A DNA stretch of 64,000 bases from Desulfosporosinus sp. GTDB lineage: Bacteria > Bacillota > Desulfitobacteriia > Desulfitobacteriales > Desulfitobacteriaceae. The position numbers were made by a program, and so were the translations under genes. Numbering within the stretch: position 1 is the stretch's first letter; each line of letters starts with the position of its first letter. The notes beneath the pieces are model-generated. The model ran no database searches, had not been told where the DNA came from, and saw nothing but the letters and a program-made list of their open reading frames with translations. Shown here in pieces: positions 58,905 through 64,000 of this stretch. The DNA lies in NCBI GenBank assembly GCA_035648155.1, contig DASRMA010000125.1, positions 1,389 to 65,388 of the forward strand. The letters run 5' to 3'.

Positions 58905-60272
58905 TTGGCGATACTCATCAAAAATCTACACACCCTTGTTACCTATAATGACCAAGACGAAATTTTTCATGATGTTGATCTTCTCATTGATGGACATGAG
59001 ATACGAGCCATAGGTAAACAATTAACCTATGACGGACCAGCTGAAGTGATCGATGGCACCGGAAAGCTGGCTATTCCTGGGCTAGTCAATACTCATCATC
59101 ACTTATACCAAACTTTGTTTCGTGGATTGCCAGAAGTACAAGGGATGCCGCTTTTTTCTTGGCTCGTAAATCTCTATGAGTTTTGGAAGCACCTTACGCC
59201 TGATGCTGTCTACTATGGTTCTCAGGTTGGTTTTGCTGAACTATTACGTACGGGTTGTACGTTGACTACCGACCATCATTATGTTTTCCCAAAGGGTCAG
59301 CCTGCCACCTTAATTGATAGTCAAATCCAAGCAGCCCGAGAAATTGGAATCCGTTTCCATCCGACACGGGGTTCCATGTCCTTGGGTAAAAGCAAAGGAG
59401 GGTTGCCCCCTGATGAAGTCGTCCAGACGGAAAAAGAGATCTTAAAGGATTCACAACGCTTGATTGAAACCTATCATGACCCCTCTCCGTTTGCCATGAC
59501 CCGTCTTGCCCTCGCTCCGTGTTCACCATTTTCTGTCAGTAAGGATCTAATGATCCAGGCCCGTGACCTTGCCCGATCCTCAGGGGTTATGCTACATACC
59601 CACCTTGCGGAAACATTAGATGAAGAGAAATTCTGTCTTGAATTCTATGGGCGTCGCCCCGTGGAATTGATGGAGGAAATTGATTGGATAGGCTCGGATG
59701 TTTGGTTTGCCCATGCGATTCATCTAAGTGATCGGGAGATCAACGTTTTAGCTGGTTCTGGCATCGCACATTGTCCCTCCTCGAACATGAAGTTGGGCAG
59801 CGGCATCTGCCGTACCAGCGAATTGCTCAAAGCAGGGGTCAAACTTGGAATCGGAGTGGATGGAAGTGCCAGCAATGATGGCTCAAATATGTGGGAAGAA
59901 GTTCGCCGTACCTATCTCCTCAATCACCTACGTTATGCCGATGCTGGACTCTCCGCTTATGAAACTGTTAAAGCAGCCACGCGTGGTGGCGCAGAAGTAC
60001 TGGGACGAAACGATACGGGTATTCTTCAAGAAGGGAAAGCTGCTGACGTAGTGTTCATTAATCTAGAGGATGTGGCTTTCGCAGGTTGCCATGATCCTCT
60101 AGTTTCGATCGTTTGCTGTGGCAATTCCAGTATTGTCGACATGACAATCGTCAATGGTCGTATTGTTGTACGTGAAGGACTATTGACCACGCTAGATCCT
60201 GAAGATATTCGTGTGAAAGCCCATAAAGTCTCTACTGAAATGGTAGAGAAAGAACGAAATACCACGGTGTAG
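58905..60272 (+). CDS. 8-oxoguanine deaminase-like amidohydrolase
   Basis: NTHHHLYQ, DHHY, APCSPF, HTHLAET, GVDGSASND. Confidence 0.88.
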   Translation: MAILIKNLHTLVTYNDQDEIFHDVDLLIDGHEIRAIGKQLTYDGPAEVIDGTGKLAIPGLVNTHHHLYQTLFRGLPEVQGMPLFSWLVNLYEFWKHLTPDAVYYGSQVGFAELLRTGCTLTTDHHYVFPKGQPATLIDSQIQAAREIGIRFHPTRGSMSLGKSKGGLPPDEVVQTEKEILKDSQRLIETYHDPSPFAMTRLALAPCSPFSVSKDLMIQARDLARSSGVMLHTHLAETLDEEKFCLEFYGRRPVELMEEIDWIGSDVWFAHAIHLSDREINVLAGSGIAHCPSSNMKLGSGICRTSELLKAGVKLGIGVDGSASNDGSNMWEEVRRTYLLNHLRYADAGLSAYETVKAATRGGAEVLGRNDTGILQEGKAADVVFINLEDVAFAGCHDPLVSIVCCGNSSIVDMTIVNGRIVVREGLLTTLDPEDIRVKAHKVSTEMVEKERNTTV

Positions 60273-60509
60273 TATTTTTCTTGTTCAGTTACAAATTCCA
60301 CGCTTTGGCTATTACAAATAAACTTCTTTTTTGCGAGCGGCTCCAGGGATTCTTGTGCGCTCATATGGGAACTTTGGTCAATAACTGTGATCGCTTATCG
60401 GACTTAGCCTTTTCATACTCACTCTTATGAGCACCAACAATATCGGTGGAAAGATCGTTAGCAATCAGTTCGGCCTGCATCGTAATAGATAACATGATGA
60501 AAGAAGCCA

Positions 60510-60851
60510 TCAAGTTTTTAGTTTTTCCAGCAAGGATTTCACAGTCTTCATGAATGTAACAAATTCAGGAACACCAGCAAAAACTCTGTCCGAGAGGGGT
60601 TTAAGAAATCTATTTTCTAGTTCAGTGCGGCCTTTCGGTTTCTCAAGCACGAGACCAGTAATTATTTTAAGCTTTATTTCAGGATCTTCCTTGGCCCGCC
60701 TGTAGAGCTCATTGTTAAAGATAACTGGTTTTCCAAGGGCAAGGGCAAGGGCAAGGGTAATAGCAATAGTAATATCCTTCCCTACATAATTGATAACTTC
60801 ATCAACACATTTTTTTACGTCGTCAGAGACAATGCCCGAATTTACATTCAT
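60510..60851 (-). pseudogene. Truncated N-terminal copy of the CoA-transferase/hydrolase
   Basis: Matches N-terminus of 61021-63249 up to GVPEF, then diverges; AAGGGC repeat expansion (TLALALALG). Confidence 0.8.
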
Positions 60852-61020
60852 AAATAGTCACCTACCATCTCATAAAATTCATAATTAGTTCCAGCAGCTT
60901 GAAACCTCAATACCAAGAGATAGAGCCCTCCACCACTTCTGAATGTGAAAGGCTCTTATTCCTTGGATAGCGCGCCATCGTCATTATTAAATGATCTCAA
61001 GTTTTTGTTGCGCTGTCTAT

Positions 61021-63249
61021 TTACTTACCTACTACGCGATTTGAAGCAGGTGTTTGGAGGTGGGTATAATCCTGAAATTGGTTATTGTTCCTTAGTGCAA
61101 AAACGACTGTCTTTCTCATGATTTTCTCGTTCAAGGAAGAAGGATCAAGCAGGTTCATTCTCTTCAGGTAGCTGTGAGCTGATTTTGGAATGGGTCTGAA
61201 CAATTCCAGCAGCAACCCTTTTGCCAGTTTAAGACGATTTGTCTTCGTGAGTGTCTTCAAGGACTTCAGAGCATCACCGAGTACAACCTCCTCTTCCATT
61301 AAATCTGTGCCAAATGGGAATTGCTGAAAGAGCCCTTGAGACTGATAGGGCTTGAGCAGAGCAGAGATTTTTGTGGGTAGATTATTTTTATACTCTTCTG
61401 GAATTTGATAATTCAGAGGTATTTTACCCGCTTTTTTTGCCTGATCAAGGAGTTGTTTTTGAAATCTAGAATCAGCAATATTGATCATCTGGGCTATTAT
61501 CTCTTTTTCGGGTAGGCTACGAACGTCAGCAATCCCATACTCAGTAACAATGATGTCTCTCAGATGTTTGGGTATGGAGCAATGACCGTAACTGAAGACA
61601 ATGTTGGATTTGAGAAGCTTACCGGAACCTTTCGTGCTTTTGATCATCATGATAACCCTTGCATCAGGTAGGGCATGACCCATAGCTACAAAGTTATATT
61701 GGCCACCGATTCCACTGACCACTTGACCATTCTCCAATTGATCTGAGGCGATTGCGCCGAGAACACTTACCACCATTCCGGTATTCACAAAGCGAGCATT
61801 CTTTCTCTGCAGGGTCCTCAATTCTTCTCCACCATAAAGCTGGTTAACCTTTTCGACAGCAGACATGACAAAGAGTTTTCTTTCCTCTTCACTCATCTCA
61901 TTTAAAGCTTGATAAAAGGCTTTGGGGCCTAAAAAGAAAGCACCCTGTATTACAAACCCTTTGAGAAGTTCTTTGCCAAGTAATTTTCGAATCTCTAGTC
62001 TATTTGTTTCATCATTCATATCCGCTGAGTAGCTGATTTCTCCATCTATAATAGAATGATTTTCATACCCAAGGCCCTTTTTCAGAATTCCATATTCAGA
62101 AAGCATGGCAAAGTCTTTGGCACTAAGTTTTGTATGGACCGCTTTCATGGCAATCAGTTGGTCAATGATGTCCACAGGGATGTTATTGGCGGAGAGCTTG
62201 CCGTCATTAATCAGTTTCATAATGGGTATGTTGTCAAAAACCTTCCTTTTTAAAATTTTACTCTTATACATCTGCATAAAGGCGTCGACAAACATCTCCG
62301 ATGAGCCATAAAGCCCCTCTTGGAAGACTCCTGTATCCCCCCATTTAGTAATTAGTTTTTCATAGCGTTTTGTTATGCCAGTCTTGCCCAAGACTTCCTG
62401 ATATAGATCGTTATGTTCATTGCGCATAATTAGTCCTGCTACAATTGCGTCGCCAAGGGCACCAATCCCTACCTGGATAGTACCACCATCTTTAATCAAG
62501 GTGCTGACATTGATACCAAGCATATGATCAGATAGGGCAACAGGGCTTTGTGGAGGACAGAAAAGTTCATAGTTGTATTGTGGTCCCTGAAGAATAATGT
62601 CGTAGTTTTCAGCTGCTACAACGGCATCCCCATACATAAAGGGCATATTTTTGTTCGCTTCCCCAACGATAACGACCTTTTCCCCTCTGGCCCTCATTTC
62701 ACCGATTTTTCGGACAGCTTCAATGCAGATATCTGGGTTACAAGCCATGGAATAGTTGGTCTTGCCGTTGATCTCCTGGTACCCAATAAGTTCGCCGAAG
62801 ACGTTTGTTCCGAGGGCTAAAGCATCACGAACTACATGTGTATAATGTGAAGGCAAATGGTGTTGCTGAGGAACTGGATTCTTCAGGTAAGAGCCTGCTT
62901 TACCGAAGAACTCGAAGACTTCAACATTTTTAGGAAGTTTTCCCTCTCTGAAATCAAGCATGTAGTCAAATTCCGGTACCCCTGCGAAAATTCTATCTGA
63001 AAGAGGCTGGATAAACCGTTTTTCTAGTTCTGAGTGGCCTTTTGGTTTTTCAAGTGAGAGAGCGGTAATAATTTTGAGCGAGATTTCGGGATCCTCTTTG
63101 GCTCGCCTGTAAAGTTCATTGATAAAGATAACTGGTTTTCCTAAGCCAAGTGTCATAGAAAAAGTGATATCCTTGCCTACATAGGTGATCACTTCATCAA
63201 CACATTTTCTCACGTCGCTATAAATCATTCCCAGCTTTTCATTCAACAT
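61021..63249 (-). CDS. Acetyl-CoA hydrolase/transferase family protein (long type)
   Basis: DGGTIQVGIG, SEMF, VSGIGGQYNF, IVTEYGIAD. Confidence 0.9.
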   Translation of the reverse strand: MLNEKLGMIYSDVRKCVDEVITYVGKDITFSMTLGLGKPVIFINELYRRAKEDPEISLKIITALSLEKPKGHSELEKRFIQPLSDRIFAGVPEFDYMLDFREGKLPKNVEVFEFFGKAGSYLKNPVPQQHHLPSHYTHVVRDALALGTNVFGELIGYQEINGKTNYSMACNPDICIEAVRKIGEMRARGEKVVIVGEANKNMPFMYGDAVVAAENYDIILQGPQYNYELFCPPQSPVALSDHMLGINVSTLIKDGGTIQVGIGALGDAIVAGLIMRNEHNDLYQEVLGKTGITKRYEKLITKWGDTGVFQEGLYGSSEMFVDAFMQMYKSKILKRKVFDNIPIMKLINDGKLSANNIPVDIIDQLIAMKAVHTKLSAKDFAMLSEYGILKKGLGYENHSIIDGEISYSADMNDETNRLEIRKLLGKELLKGFVIQGAFFLGPKAFYQALNEMSEEERKLFVMSAVEKVNQLYGGEELRTLQRKNARFVNTGMVVSVLGAIASDQLENGQVVSGIGGQYNFVAMGHALPDARVIMMIKSTKGSGKLLKSNIVFSYGHCSIPKHLRDIIVTEYGIADVRSLPEKEIIAQMINIADSRFQKQLLDQAKKAGKIPLNYQIPEEYKNNLPTKISALLKPYQSQGLFQQFPFGTDLMEEEVVLGDALKSLKTLTKTNRLKLAKGLLLELFRPIPKSAHSYLKRMNLLDPSSLNEKIMRKTVVFALRNNNQFQDYTHLQTPASNRVVGK

Positions 63250-63393
63250 TCTAGTCGCCTGCCATTTCATCAAAATATTCTAACAACAGAGTATAAATTG
63301 AATGGGTATTCATTCATTAATTGAATATTATCATAAATATTTAAATAAAGTAAGTAGTTAAAATAATCAAATTATTAAATTAGCAAGAATATA

Positions 63394-63447
63394 AATAAAT
63401 AGGGTAGTAACAAACTTGTTCTTTAGTTTGTTACTACCCTATTTATT
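63394..63447 (-). terminator. Intrinsic terminator
   Basis: AAATAGGGTAGTAACAAACT..AGTTTGTTACTACCCTATTT. Confidence 0.75.
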
Positions 63448-63456
63448 TATGAAGAA

Positions 63457-64000
63457 TTATCTGTTGAGAGATTCGTTGGTTGTAAAAGGAATTTGAGGAG
63501 GGGGCGTATCGCCAAGACTGTGGTTGTTTCTTAAGGCGAAGACAACTAGTTTTCTCATAATCTTTTCTTTCATAGAGGACGGTTTGTCAAGACTCAACCG
63601 TTTTATGAAGGGATGGGCGGATTTCGGAACTGGTTTGAGAAATTCAAAAAGCAATCCTTTGGCCAGTTTAAAACGATTTCCGCTAGAGAGTCTCTTTAAT
63701 CCCTTCAACGCACCCCCCAGAACAATTTCCGTTTCTGTTAAATCCGTTCCGAACGGAAAAGCAGAAAAAACACCATAAGCTTGATAGGGACGCAGCAAGG
63801 CAGTAACCTTTTCCGGTGTATTATTTCTGTACTCTTCAGGAATTTCATAATCTCGAGGTATTTTACCCGCTTTTTTTGCCTGAGCAAGAAGCTGTTTTTG
63901 AAAGCGCGAATCTGCAATATTAATCATTTCTGCGATCACTTGTTTCTCCGGTTTGCTACGAACGTCGGCAATACCGTATTCTGTAACAATGATGTCCCTC
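63457..64000 (-). CDS. Acetyl-CoA hydrolase/transferase paralog, 3' part (runs off the window)
   Basis: IVTEYGIADVRSK, IADSRFQKQLL, FPFGTDL. Confidence 0.9.
   Translation of the reverse strand, partial: RDIIVTEYGIADVRSKPEKQVIAEMINIADSRFQKQLLAQAKKAGKIPRDYEIPEEYRNNTPEKVTALLRPYQAYGVFSAFPFGTDLTETEIVLGGALKGLKRLSSGNRFKLAKGLLFEFLKPVPKSAHPFIKRLSLDKPSSMKEKIMRKLVVFALRNNHSLGDTPPPQIPFTTNESLNR

Noticed and set aside
790..63778. Numerous 60-160 aa ORFs antisense to or nested in confident genes
   Set aside because: Shadow ORFs with no RBS or motif support

Overview
AT-rich Firmicute chromosomal window whose gene content (futalosine menaquinone genes, corrinoid activator, three anion-transporter families, spore-coat gene, T-box) fits a sporulating anaerobic sulfate reducer such as Desulfosporosinus (inferred, not proven). 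Ordinary content includes an EmrAB/MarR efflux operon, sdpRI, ecsAB, mqnBD, aspD, T-box-controlled DAHP synthase, htrA, a Ca/H exchanger, a Mo-oxidoreductase, a purine-nucleoside ABC/salvage operon and tandem CoA-transferase paralogs. Most notable: (1) a ~430-nt ORF-free minus-strand element (39641-40069) made of about 15 short G.U-rich hairpins with a recurring GGUC-G..AA-GAUC motif, closed by a 15-bp end-to-end helix and followed by a terminator, i.e. a candidate undescribed large structured ncRNA; (2) a 14-kb TSUP/DASS/SulP anion-transport cluster (12.6-27.3 kb) with three paralogous UDG-fold-like proteins, two USPs, an orphan STAS fragment, Rex-like boxes next to three promoters, and four copies of a conserved ~38-nt seed+terminator element lying antisense in gene leaders; (3) a Cache-HAMP-HTH membrane one-component regulator with an in-frame TAG; (4) an unannotated 29-aa Trp/Arg-rich peptide next to sdpI; (5) mobile relics (MITE-like family, group IIC intron 5' end, tRNA att fragment, IS110 fragment). 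All calls come from reading the sequence; no database search or folding program was run.
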